A DNA stretch of 64,000 nucleotides from an uncultured Anaerolineaceae bacterium (GTDB lineage: Bacteria; Chloroflexota; Anaerolineae; Anaerolineales; Villigracilaceae), in the NCBI GenBank assembly GCA_964371065.1, contig CAYJLS010000001.1:4383-68382 (forward strand), read 5' to 3'. A model generated the notes under the pieces. It worked only from the letters and a program-made list of their open reading frames with translations. It did no database searches and was not told the DNA's origin. The stretch's first letter is position 1. Each line of letters starts with the position of its first letter. The translations under genes and the position numbers were made by a program. This document shows positions 1 through 9,187 of this stretch, piece after piece.

Positions 1-1391
1 GTGCCGGCGAGGTCGTCACGGAAGCGCACATCGAGGCGCTTCAGGCGCTGGGGCTGATCCGCTCCGGCTCCCAACCGCTGGACCTGCTCGGCAAAGCCGC
101 GTTGACCGTGATCGCAGCCGTGTTCACCGGGCTGTATTTTTATCGCCGCGAACGCTCGGGCTTTTTGTACGACTCGCGCAGTCTGCTGGTGATGGCGGTC
201 ATGTACCTGCTTTTCCTGGCGGGCGCGCGGCTGGCCATTCCGGGCAACGTCCTGCTCCCATATTTATATCCCCTGCCCGCGGTGGGCATGTTGCTCGCCA
301 CGCTGTTCGGCATCGAAGCCGGCATCCTCATCTCGATTGTGACCTGCGTCCTGGCCGCCTATGGCTTCAACGCCGACCTTCTGCCGTATTACCTGTTTGC
401 CTCGCTGTGCGGCGTGCTGGCGCTCGGATCCGGGCGAAGATTCTGGTCTTACATTTGGGCGGGCGTGGCCGTCACCGGCGCGGGCGTGGCCATGCTGGCC
501 GCCTTCCGCATTTCCACGGGCGACCTCGACTGGCTGGGCATCGCACAACTTGTCCTGGCCGCCATTGGAAACGGATTCCTGTCCGCGGCTTTTGCCCTGC
601 TGGGACAATATTTCCTGGCGCAATCGCTGGGACTCGCCACCGCCCTGCACCTGCTGGAAATCTCCCGCCCCGAATTTCCGCTCCTGCAATATTTCCTGCG
701 AAATGCGCCCGGCACCTACCAGCACAGTTTGCAGGTCGCCAACCTGGCCGAGCAGGCCGCCGAAGCCATCGGCGCGGACCAACTGCTGACCCGCGTCGGC
801 GCGCTGTTCCACGACATTGGCAAAGCCAAAAACGCGGCCTTCTTCATCGAAAACCAGGCGCCCGGACAAATGAACACGCACCAGGATATCGAACCCGAAG
901 AGGCCGCTGTCACCATCATCCGCCACGTTACCGACGGCGTGACGCTGGCGCACAAACACCGCCTGCCGCGCCGCATGGATGATTTCATCCTCGAACACCA
1001 CGGCACCATGCTGACGCGTTACCAGTACAACCAGGCACTTCAAAAAACAGGCGATGCCGCAAAAATAGACCTCGAAAAATTCCGTTACCCCGGGCCGCGG
1101 CCGCGCTCGCGCGAAACCGCCATCCTGATGCTGGCCGACGGCGCCGAAGCCCGCGCCCGCGCCCAGTCTCCGCAGACCGACGAGGACATGCGCGCGCTCG
1201 TCCGCAGTGTCATCGAGTACGTCCAAAAGGAGGGGCAGTTGGACCACACCATGCTCACCCTGCGCGACCTGAACACCATCGTCGAGTCCTTCGTCACCAC
1301 CCTGCGCGGTTCCTACCACCCGCGCATCCAGTACCCCGCGGCCGAGCCGCCGCTGGCCAGCGAACCCCTCGCCACCCTCCCGCGCAAGTAA
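1..1391 (+). CDS. pgpH: 7TM-HD phosphohydrolase (PgpH/YqfF-like c-di-AMP phosphodiesterase), 5' end outside window
   Basis: Frame open to window start; multiple TM helices then HD domain (HSLQVANLAE, HDIGK, EHHGT, MLAD); same order as Bacillus pgpH-ybeY-dgkA. Confidence 0.85.
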   Translation, partial: AGEVVTEAHIEALQALGLIRSGSQPLDLLGKAALTVIAAVFTGLYFYRRERSGFLYDSRSLLVMAVMYLLFLAGARLAIPGNVLLPYLYPLPAVGMLLATLFGIEAGILISIVTCVLAAYGFNADLLPYYLFASLCGVLALGSGRRFWSYIWAGVAVTGAGVAMLAAFRISTGDLDWLGIAQLVLAAIGNGFLSAAFALLGQYFLAQSLGLATALHLLEISRPEFPLLQYFLRNAPGTYQHSLQVANLAEQAAEAIGADQLLTRVGALFHDIGKAKNAAFFIENQAPGQMNTHQDIEPEEAAVTIIRHVTDGVTLAHKHRLPRRMDDFILEHHGTMLTRYQYNQALQKTGDAAKIDLEKFRYPGPRPRSRETAILMLADGAEARARAQSPQTDEDMRALVRSVIEYVQKEGQLDHTMLTLRDLNTIVESFVTTLRGSYHPRIQYPAAEPPLASEPLATLPRK

Positions 1392-1395
1392 CCTT

Positions 1396-1505
1396 CCGTC
1401 ATTGCGAGGAGGGTGCTCGCCTGCCCCGATGCTCTTACGGGGTCCCGACGAAGCAATCCCCGCGTCGTGAGGAGATTGCTTCGCAAGAACCGCTCGCAAT
1501 GACGG
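1396..1505. repeat. REP-like palindrome GTCATTGCGAG..GAAGCAATC..GATTGCTTC..CTCGCAATGAC, copy 1
   Basis: Nested inverted repeats; same element at 22542-22657 and 53977-54064. Confidence 0.9.
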
Positions 1506-1515
1506 AGCGAAAAAA

Positions 1516-1959
1516 ATGATCCACCTCGAAACCGCCCTCGACATTCCCTTCGACCTCTCCCTGCTCGAACGGGCCGCCCGCGCCGCGCTGGATCACCAGT
1601 CCGCGGACGGCGACCTGACCCTCGTCCTGACCGACGACGAACAACTGCGCCTCCTCAACCGGGACTATCTGGGAGTCGACGCGCCGACCGACGTTTTGTC
1701 CTTCCCCGCCTCCGAAACCGACCCCGAGACGGGCGCGCCGTACCTGGGCGATATCCTGCTCTCGGTCTCCCGCGCGGCCGAACAAGCGCGCGCCGCCGGC
1801 CATCCCCTCGCGGACGAGGCGCGCCTGCTGGTCGTCCACGGCGTCCTGCACCTGCTCGGCCATGACCACACTGAGACGGATGAGAAGACGAAGATGTGGA
1901 AGGCGCAGGCGGAGATTTTGGAGAGCCTGGGGGTGAAAGGGATACAGGTAGAAAAGTAG
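1516..1959 (+). CDS. ybeY: rRNA maturation endoribonuclease YbeY
   Basis: LNRDYLGVDAPTDVLSF and HGVLHLLGHDH zinc motif. Confidence 0.97.
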   Translation: MIHLETALDIPFDLSLLERAARAALDHQSADGDLTLVLTDDEQLRLLNRDYLGVDAPTDVLSFPASETDPETGAPYLGDILLSVSRAAEQARAAGHPLADEARLLVVHGVLHLLGHDHTETDEKTKMWKAQAEILESLGVKGIQVEK

Positions 1960-2021
1960 ACACGTACACAGGTACACACGGAAACAGGTAGACACGCAGT
2001 ACGCAACAGGCAGCACGCAAC
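1956..2021. repeat. Octamer then heptamer degenerate tandem repeats
   Basis: GTAGACAC GTACACAG GTACACAC GGAAACAG GTAGACAC then GCAGTAC GCAACAG GCAGCAC. Confidence 0.8.
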
Positions 2022-2038
2022 TCCTAACCCGCATTCCG

Positions 2039-2419
2039 ATGAAACAATTTTTCCTCTCCCGCCTCGCTTCCATCAGACATGCCTTTCATGGCTGGTGGTA
2101 CGTTCTCCGCACCCAGCACAACGCGTGGATCCACGGAGTCGTTGCCACGGCTGTCGTCCTGCTCGGCCTGTGGTTGAAACTGCCCGTCCGCGATTGGGCG
2201 GCGCTGGTGCTGACCATCGCGATGGTCTTCACCGCCGAATTCATCAACACCGCCATCGAAGCCGTGGTGGATTTGGAGACTACCGAGCATCATCCGCTCG
2301 CCAAGGTAGGCAAGGATGTGGGCGCGGCCGCCGTCCTCATTGCCGCGCTGGCCGCGGTGCTGGTCGGCCTGCTCCTCCTCGGTCCGCCATTGTTGGTAAA
2401 GTTGAAAGAATTATATTAA
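2039..2419 (+). CDS. dgkA: DgkA-family diacylglycerol/undecaprenol kinase
   Basis: 3 TM, AEFINTAIEAVVD and AKVGKDVGAAAVL motifs. Confidence 0.93.
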   Translation: MKQFFLSRLASIRHAFHGWWYVLRTQHNAWIHGVVATAVVLLGLWLKLPVRDWAALVLTIAMVFTAEFINTAIEAVVDLETTEHHPLAKVGKDVGAAAVLIAALAAVLVGLLLLGPPLLVKLKELY

Positions 2420-2520
2420 ACACGGAGACGACTGCCGTGTTTACAGGTTTTCCCCCAAAAAATGAGACCAAGAATCGGCCAGACCATCGTCACTTTGCCT
2501 GTCGAATACGGCAGGCCATC

Positions 2521-2557
2521 TGCGTTATAATGAGCAGGTAGTGGTAATCCAAGGAGG
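2521..2557 (+). promoter_or_regulatory. -10 box and RBS for the lipoprotein pair
   Basis: TATAAT at 2526-2531; GGAGG at 2553-2557 ahead of ATG 2566. Confidence 0.55.
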
Positions 2558-2565
2558 TTTTCCTG

Positions 2566-3249
2566 ATGCGAAAAAGAAAAATACTCTGGCAAGCCTGTTT
2601 AGCAGTGACCTTCCTCACGTTCAGCGCCTGCGGCCCTTCCAGCGAGTCGCTCACGCCCACCATGGACGCGACGCTCATCTACACCCAGGCCGCGCAGACC
2701 GTAGCCGCGCAGTTCACGCAGACTTCGGCCGCGCAGACTGCCGCCGCGCCCACCATGACGAACACGCCCGCACCCACGCCGACCATTGCCGCCTCGTTTA
2801 CACCCTTCGCCACCTCGCCCATTTTCACGCTTCCCGCCGGGACTTTTCAACTCACCCCCACCTTCTCCATCCTGCCCGTTCAGGCCACCCCCACCGGGCC
2901 GCTGTGCGATAATTCCGTCTACATCCGGGATATCGGCACGCCGGACGGTACCATCCTCAAACCCGGCGCGGCCTTTGCCAAAGGCTGGCTCATTCAAAAC
3001 ACCGGCATCTGCAACTGGAAAATAGGCTATCACCTCGTGCGCGTTGGCGGTAACACAGATTTTGGCGGCGCGACCTTTGTCATTCGCTCTGCAAGTGACG
3101 TTGTGCTGTCAGGCGCGATTGCCGAAATCTCCCTCAACCTGATCGCCCCAAAGACGCCCGGCGCCTACGAAGCCCGCTACCAGATGTATACCAATCTCGA
3201 CATGCCCTTTGGCACTGGCATGACTGTTGCCGTTGAAGTCAAGAAATAA
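2566..3249 (+). CDS. Lipoprotein with Thr/Pro-rich linker and NBR1 Ig-like (FW) domain
   Basis: Lipobox FSAC; DIGTPDGTILKPGAAFAKGWLIQNTGICNW pattern. Confidence 0.8.
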   Translation: MRKRKILWQACLAVTFLTFSACGPSSESLTPTMDATLIYTQAAQTVAAQFTQTSAAQTAAAPTMTNTPAPTPTIAASFTPFATSPIFTLPAGTFQLTPTFSILPVQATPTGPLCDNSVYIRDIGTPDGTILKPGAAFAKGWLIQNTGICNWKIGYHLVRVGGNTDFGGATFVIRSASDVVLSGAIAEISLNLIAPKTPGAYEARYQMYTNLDMPFGTGMTVAVEVKK

Positions 3250-3285
3250 AGCCGGCCAGCCCGGCCCCATTCCACGGAGATTTTT

Positions 3286-3900
3286 ATGAAACCAAAGTAC
3301 ATTAGTCTCACCATCCTGCTCGCCCTGTTGTTCGCGGCCTGCGCGCCCAAAGCGACTCCCATGCCCACGCCCGATATCAGCGCCATCTCCACCGCCGCGG
3401 CAAAAACCGTCATTGCCGAAATTTCCGCCACCGCGGCCGCGGCCGCCTCCCTCACGCCGCTGGCCAGCCCAACCTCGGAGCCATCCACCGAAGCGCCCAC
3501 GGTCACAGTGACCATGACTGTGGGCGTGTTGACCACGCCCGGCATCATCGGCACCCCGCTGGGACTGTGCGCTGATGCTGTCTTCGTTTCAGATGTCACC
3601 GTCCCCGATGGTTCAGTCATGACTCCCGGACAGGAATTCCTCAAAACCTGGAAAGTCAGAAATACGGGTGACTGTACCTGGGGTGCGGGCTATACTATCG
3701 TTTATGGCGGTTATAACGATAAAATGAGCGGCGTACCTGCCGCCCTGTCCACCACCGTTATCCCAAACCAGGAAGTGGATGTATCCGTTCAATTCAAAGC
3801 GCCCACCAAGGCCGGGGAATATTTAAGCGCCTGGCGCATGGCCAACCCAAGTGGTTACGCATTTGGGCAGTTCTTCTTTATCAAAATCGTTGTTCGCTAG
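3286..3900 (+). CDS. Second lipoprotein with NBR1 Ig-like domain (tandem paralog)
   Basis: Lipobox FAAC; FVSDVTVPDGSVMTPGQEFLKTWKVRNTGDCTW. Confidence 0.85.
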   Translation: MKPKYISLTILLALLFAACAPKATPMPTPDISAISTAAAKTVIAEISATAAAAASLTPLASPTSEPSTEAPTVTVTMTVGVLTTPGIIGTPLGLCADAVFVSDVTVPDGSVMTPGQEFLKTWKVRNTGDCTWGAGYTIVYGGYNDKMSGVPAALSTTVIPNQEVDVSVQFKAPTKAGEYLSAWRMANPSGYAFGQFFFIKIVVR

Positions 3901-5048
3901 TGACAGGCGCGCTCAAACAGTCCATTCTTAACGAAGCGCACCGGCTGGGATTTATCCTGGCCGGTGTGACGACTCCCGACCCGCCGCCGCATTTCCCCGC
4001 CTTTGAAAACTGGCTGGCGCAAGGCCGCCACGCCGACATGTCCTGGCTCGCCTCCGAACGCTCCCGCACCCGCCGCGCCGACCCCAAACAAATCCTCCCC
4101 GAATGTAAATCCATCCTCGTGCTGGCAACACCCTACAACCGCCCTCCCTCTTTGCCTCTTCAAAAAGAATCTTCGCGCCCTCCCTGGCACCGCCCGCCAG
4201 GGCAGGTGTCGCCTCTTCGCGGTGAAAAAAGCCTCGGCCAAATTGCCGCCTACGCCCTCGGCGAAGACTACCATCTCGTCCTCCCGCCGCGCCTGCAAAC
4301 CATCGTCCAATTCATCGAAACACAGGTCGGCCACCCCGTCCCGAATCGTTATTACACCGACACCGGCCCCCTGCTCGAACGCGACCTCGCCCAGCGCGCC
4401 GGCCTCGGCTGGATCGGCAAAAACACCTGCCTCATCCACCCGCGCGCGGGCTCCTACTTCCTCCTCGCCGAAATTCTCCTCGACCTCCACCTCGATCCCG
4501 ACCCGCCCTTTCCCACCGACCACTGCGGAACCTGCGCGCGTTGCCTCGAAGCCTGTCCCACCGACGCCATCCTGCCCGACCGCACCCTCGACGCCAAACG
4601 TTGCATCTCCTACCTTACCATCGAAAACAAAGCCGACACCCCCGCCGAACTGCGCCCGCTCATGCAGGACTGGATTTTCGGATGCGACATTTGCCAGACG
4701 GTCTGCCCGTGGAACCGCTTTGCCGCGCCCGAGGGCGACGCCTCATTCGGACCTCGAAGCGGGTCCGCCCGCCCGGACCTGGTCCACACCCTCGCGTTGA
4801 CTCCCGCATCCTTCCGCCGACAGTTTGCGCGCACTCCCCTCCAGCGCGCCAAGCGCCGCGGCCTGCTCCGCAACGCGGCCGTTGCTCTCGGCAACCTCGG
4901 CGACGAACGCACCCTGCCTGCCCTCGAAAAAGCCCTCGACGATCCCGAACCAATGGTGCGCGAACATGCGAGATGGGCGATGGAACGAATCAACGAATCA
5001 GCGATTCAGCGATTCGGCAAGTCAGCAAATCGAAAATCGCAAATCTAA
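3900..5048 (+). CDS. queG: Epoxyqueuosine reductase
   Basis: DTGPLLERDLAQRAGLGWIGKN; CGTCARCLEACP and GCDICQTVCPWN Fe-S motifs; HEAT-like C-terminus. Confidence 0.96.
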   Translation: MTGALKQSILNEAHRLGFILAGVTTPDPPPHFPAFENWLAQGRHADMSWLASERSRTRRADPKQILPECKSILVLATPYNRPPSLPLQKESSRPPWHRPPGQVSPLRGEKSLGQIAAYALGEDYHLVLPPRLQTIVQFIETQVGHPVPNRYYTDTGPLLERDLAQRAGLGWIGKNTCLIHPRAGSYFLLAEILLDLHLDPDPPFPTDHCGTCARCLEACPTDAILPDRTLDAKRCISYLTIENKADTPAELRPLMQDWIFGCDICQTVCPWNRFAAPEGDASFGPRSGSARPDLVHTLALTPASFRRQFARTPLQRAKRRGLLRNAAVALGNLGDERTLPALEKALDDPEPMVREHARWAMERINESAIQRFGKSANRKSQI

Positions 5049-5056
5049 AATCTGAA
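4988..5056. repeat. Octamer/heptamer array across the queG stop and rdgB start
   Basis: AATCAACG AATCAGCG ATTCAGCG ATTCGGCA then AAATCGA AAATCGC AAATCTA AAATCTG. Confidence 0.8.
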
Positions 5057-5656
5057 ATGAACAAACTCCTGCTCGCCACCAACAACCAGGGCAAACTGCG
5101 TGAACTGCGCGCCATTCTTGCAGGCCTGCCGCTCGAACTCGTCATCCCCGCGGACATCCGCCTCGAACTCGATGTCCCCGAAGACGGCCTCACCTACGCC
5201 GGGAACGCCGCCAAAAAAGCCCTGGCCTTCGCGCGCGCCAGCGGACTGACCGCCCTCGCCGACGACTCCGGCCTCGAAGTGGAGGCGCTCGACGGCGCGC
5301 CGGGACTCTATTCTGCGCGTTATTCCGCCAAACCCGGCGCGTCCGATGCCGACCGCCGCGCGTTCCTCCTGCAAAACCTGCGCGGCCAGCCGCGTCCGTG
5401 GGCCGCGCGCTTCCGGGCGACGGTGGCCGTCGCGGGTCCCGAAGGAAACGTGCAAATCGTCGAGGGGACCTGCGAAGGCGAGATCATCCCCGAAGAGCGC
5501 GGCGCAGGTGGATTCGGCTATGATCCGATCTTCTTCCTTCCCGAACTTGGCAAGACAATGGCCGAACTGCCCGAGGAAACCAAAAACCGCCTGAGCCATC
5601 GGGCGCGGGCGGCGCAGGCGGCCAAGCCGATTTTGATGAGGTTGTTTGGTTTGTAG
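5057..5656 (+). CDS. rdgB: Non-canonical purine NTP pyrophosphatase (RdgB/HAM1)
   Basis: LLATNNQGKLRE, ADDSGLEVEALDGAPGLYSARY, GFGYDPIF, SHRA; true start ATG 5057. Confidence 0.96.
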   Translation: MNKLLLATNNQGKLRELRAILAGLPLELVIPADIRLELDVPEDGLTYAGNAAKKALAFARASGLTALADDSGLEVEALDGAPGLYSARYSAKPGASDADRRAFLLQNLRGQPRPWAARFRATVAVAGPEGNVQIVEGTCEGEIIPEERGAGGFGYDPIFFLPELGKTMAELPEETKNRLSHRARAAQAAKPILMRLFGL

Positions 5657-5675
5657 AACAAATTGCCAATTTGTT

Positions 5676-6452
5676 CTACTGCCCCGGCCGATAGGGAATT
5701 GAATCCGCGAACTCGGCGAGCGCGCCTGCCACGGCCTCCGGCTGTTCGAGCATGACCATGTGACCCGCGCCGGGGAAGGCGACCAGGCGCGCATTGCGAA
5801 TGCGGTCGCGCAGGTGTTCGGAATATTTCACGGGAGTCAGACGGTCGTCCGCGCCGCACAGGATCAACGTGGGGACAGCGATTTCGCCGAGGCGTCCCAT
5901 CACATCAAACTCGTTGCAGGCCAGAAAATCGCCGTGGATGACAGAGGGGCGGATCTCCGCCATCCTCTGCGCGGCCAGCTCTTTCAGCCGCGGATTACTC
6001 GAGGCGCTGAAAGCCCACTCGTTGATCAATTTGACTGCCGCGGGAAAGGTTGACTCGCCGGCTGTATCATCCAGGATTTGCGGCGCAACGCGCAGGCGCG
6101 CGCCGCTGCCCACCAGGCCGAGGCCGAGCACGCGTTTCGGAAAATCCAGTGCGAGCGTGAGGGCGATGGCGCTTCCCATCGAATGACCGATGAAGATCGC
6201 TGTATTCATGTGGTTCGCGTCGAGAAAATCCACAACGATGCGGGCGTAATCCGCGATGCTTTGGCAACCCACCCCGCCCGATTTTCCGTGGCCGGGCAGG
6301 TCGAGTGCGAAGATGCGCTGGCCGACGAGTCGGCGCACCTGCGGAGGCCAATGCAAATGCGTGCCTCCCGCGCCGTGGATGAATATCAGCGGCGGGCGCG
6401 AGGCGTTTTCCGTGCCGTGGGAAAAGGTAAAGATATTAGTTGAAGTTGACAT
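5676..6452 (-). CDS. Alpha/beta-fold hydrolase
   Basis: HGAGG, DLPGHG, GHSMG nucleophile elbow, AGHMVMLE. Confidence 0.92.
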   Translation of the reverse strand: MSTSTNIFTFSHGTENASRPPLIFIHGAGGTHLHWPPQVRRLVGQRIFALDLPGHGKSGGVGCQSIADYARIVVDFLDANHMNTAIFIGHSMGSAIALTLALDFPKRVLGLGLVGSGARLRVAPQILDDTAGESTFPAAVKLINEWAFSASSNPRLKELAAQRMAEIRPSVIHGDFLACNEFDVMGRLGEIAVPTLILCGADDRLTPVKYSEHLRDRIRNARLVAFPGAGHMVMLEQPEAVAGALAEFADSIPYRPGQ

Positions 6453-6604
6453 GGACTTGGCGTAGCGGCGAGATATTATCCCGCCTTACTATTATTACAG
6501 CGCAAAGTTGCTATTCACATCTTGTTTTGGATGCAGTTGGACTGCATCCTGCTCGCAGTGCAACTGCTCGCGAACGGAAAACTGCCTGACCTTGCGCTGT
6601 AATG

Positions 6605-8347
6605 CTATTTGTGATGCAAACGGTCGGCGGCATCTTCCGTCAGCGGAATGTAGACTTGGACGCGTGTCCCCTTGCCCGGCGCGGAGTCGATATTGAGCCG
6701 TCCATTTACCAGTTCGGCGCGCTCCCGCAAATTGACCATGCCGAGACTGCCGCGCTGGTCGTAGGCCGTATCCACGGCCTGCACGTCGAACCCGATGCCG
6801 TTGTCGGCGATCTCGAGCAGGGCAATGCCGGGCTCCAGTTGCCCGAGGCGGATCGAGATGGTGGGCGCGTTGGCATGTTTGCGGGCATTGTTGACCGCCT
6901 CTTCAACAATGTAAAAGATGACGCCCTGTTTCCCCATTTCCAGTTGGTCGGCCAGTTTCGCTTCGACGTTGACGACCACGTTCTGGCTGAAGGTTTCGTT
7001 CATCTTTTCGGCCATGGCCTGCAACGCCGCGCCCAGTCCCTGCGACTCGAGGATGAGCGGGCGCAGGGTGAACAGCATGTGGCGGATTTCCTTGGAAGTA
7101 CGATGCGCCAGTTCCTCGATCTTGACGAGTTCCTCGCTGGCGGAGGCGGGATTGCGTTCCAACATGCGCCGCGCCAGGTTGACGCGCATGGCCATCGCCG
7201 CGACAGACTGGGTGGGACCGTCGTGCAGGTCGCGCGCCAACTTCTTGCGCGCCTCCTCATGCACCTCCACCATGCGGTTCCTTTCCTCGACCAGGTCCTG
7301 GTACAGGCGCGCATTCTGGATGGCGACCACCGCCTGGCGTCCGATGATATCGAGCATGCTGGAGCGGTCGGTGTTGAAGTAATGCGGGTCGGGATGCGCG
7401 AACAGCATCACGCCGTAAACGTTGAATCCGCTGCGTAATGGGAAGCAATAGGCGGACGTGCAGGATCGCAAGGCCACGATGCGGCTTAGTTCGGGATCGT
7501 AACCGATGTCTGAGGAAAGTACCGGCTCGCCCTCATCGAACACCTTTTTGAGCAGGCCCTCCGCGCCCAGCAGGCTGACCTTCTGGTCTGCATTCGTGAA
7601 GCGCCGCGCCGAACCGATGCGGAGTTTGTCGCCCTTGAAGAGCAGCACCGCGCTGACCAGTTTTCCTGCGTCGCCCGCCTGCGGATCCGGGTTGAGGGCG
7701 GCGTCGCCCATGTCCAGCGCGGAATCGAGCACGCGTTTATAACTGAGCGTGGCGGTCAGCGTGGAAGTCAATTCGTAGATGGCGCGCATGCGTTCGCTTT
7801 CGATGTGCCATCTTCCTGCCTCCTCGCGCAGGCGTTTTTCGTGCATCCTCCGCAAATACATCACCAGCCGCCGCCCGAGAAATCCGAACAAAGCCCCCAG
7901 CGCCAGTGTAATCGCCGCGGAAATAATGAGCGGCGAAGTGAGGCCCAACGAATGCATTTGCAACCAGGCGCTGCCCCATTGAATCAGCGCAAAAAGAAAG
8001 GCAACCGCCAGCGTCCCCCAGAACTCAAAATATACCGAGGCGGTCAAAATCGGCAGGATGGATGCCCACGCAGCCGGTCCCGCCAGGCCGCCCTGCAAAA
8101 AGAAAAAAATCGCCGTGAACACAAAATCCACGCCCAGGCCGATCTGGCGATGGAACACCAGGCGCGCGTTCGTGGCCGCCAAAAAGGCCATCGCCACGTT
8201 CCACAGCGCCAGCACAATCACCGGCCAGGCCGCCGCCAGCGTCAAGCCCCCGCCCAGCGACAGCGAGACGAGCAGTCCCACCAGCGCGATCCAGCGCAGG
8301 GAAATGACAAACCAATCGGCAGTGTAGGGTGAATCAAACGTACGCAT
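6605..8347 (-). CDS. Membrane GAF sensor histidine kinase (HisKA_3, NarX/UhpB type)
   Basis: N-terminal TMs, GAF, LARDLHDGPTQ H-box, EAVNNARKHA, DNGIGF, GKGT. Confidence 0.92.
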   Translation of the reverse strand: MRTFDSPYTADWFVISLRWIALVGLLVSLSLGGGLTLAAAWPVIVLALWNVAMAFLAATNARLVFHRQIGLGVDFVFTAIFFFLQGGLAGPAAWASILPILTASVYFEFWGTLAVAFLFALIQWGSAWLQMHSLGLTSPLIISAAITLALGALFGFLGRRLVMYLRRMHEKRLREEAGRWHIESERMRAIYELTSTLTATLSYKRVLDSALDMGDAALNPDPQAGDAGKLVSAVLLFKGDKLRIGSARRFTNADQKVSLLGAEGLLKKVFDEGEPVLSSDIGYDPELSRIVALRSCTSAYCFPLRSGFNVYGVMLFAHPDPHYFNTDRSSMLDIIGRQAVVAIQNARLYQDLVEERNRMVEVHEEARKKLARDLHDGPTQSVAAMAMRVNLARRMLERNPASASEELVKIEELAHRTSKEIRHMLFTLRPLILESQGLGAALQAMAEKMNETFSQNVVVNVEAKLADQLEMGKQGVIFYIVEEAVNNARKHANAPTISIRLGQLEPGIALLEIADNGIGFDVQAVDTAYDQRGSLGMVNLRERAELVNGRLNIDSAPGKGTRVQVYIPLTEDAADRLHHK

Positions 8348-8410
8348 GGGCTTATGATACTCGAAAACCGTTCATCGGGATTTTGACGGACGTTACAGGT
8401 AAATTACGAT

Positions 8411-9187
8411 TTAGACGGGATACCCCATTTTTTCGAGCGCGGCGCCAAACCGTTCAGCCATGACCTTTTGCTGGTCCGCGCCATATGACTCGCGGAAGCG
8501 GCCGATCTTGCCCTTGTAAAAATGCAGACCCTGCTGGCCGTCCCCCGCGCCCGGACGATACTGCTCGATCACTTTCTGGACGCTTCGACCCTTCGACAGG
8601 CTCAGGACAACGCTTCGCTCAGCACTAGCCTCGGGCTGGTCGCTGTTTAATTTGAGGAATCTCACCAGACGGTCCGCCTCGCGGTCGTAATCCGTCAGCA
8701 AGTCTTCGTAGCGGGCGATGAGCGGCGTCTTCTCGCGCATCCATTTTTCCCAGATGCGGACGTATTCGGCCATGAAGTCGAGCGTCTGCTGGAAATCGGT
8801 GAGATGCGAAAAGGCGTTGGGACGTCCCTTTTCGATGGCGCGCTGGCCGAAGTCAAAGGCGGAGAGCATGGCATCGCGCGGGTCGCGGTAGATGTAGGTG
8901 ACGCGCAGCAGGCCGATCGCTTCGAGCAGGCGCGACCCGCCCGAAGGTCCCGCGTGAGCCTTGATGACGAAGGTATTGCCCGCCAGCGCGGGGACGGTCA
9001 CCAGCGCCAATCGCCGCGCGGACAGGACTCCGATATTGCAGTTCACCTCGGTCAATATTTTTTGCAGGCGGTATTTCTCGCGGATGTCGCGCGCGTCGGC
9101 GCAGCCCGTCGTCGCCATCAAATCGTGGATGAGGTTGTAGTGCCAGCCCGATCCGGCGCGCGGCATTCCGACAGATAGAACGATCAT
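8411..9187 (-). CDS. Sulfotransferase-fold protein
   Basis: GMPRAGSGW PSB-like loop, YIYRDPRDAMLS 3'-PB motif, RYEDL, FYKGKIG. Confidence 0.75.
   Translation of the reverse strand: MIVLSVGMPRAGSGWHYNLIHDLMATTGCADARDIREKYRLQKILTEVNCNIGVLSARRLALVTVPALAGNTFVIKAHAGPSGGSRLLEAIGLLRVTYIYRDPRDAMLSAFDFGQRAIEKGRPNAFSHLTDFQQTLDFMAEYVRIWEKWMREKTPLIARYEDLLTDYDREADRLVRFLKLNSDQPEASAERSVVLSLSKGRSVQKVIEQYRPGAGDGQQGLHFYKGKIGRFRESYGADQQKVMAERFGAALEKMGYPV

Noticed and set aside
264-1544. Long antisense or alternative-frame ORFs throughout (e.g. 264-1544, 6602-7438, 33468-34364, 34402-35799, 42906-44147, 45291-46292, 51102-52148)
   Set aside because: Shadows of well-supported genes in GC-rich DNA; no motifs
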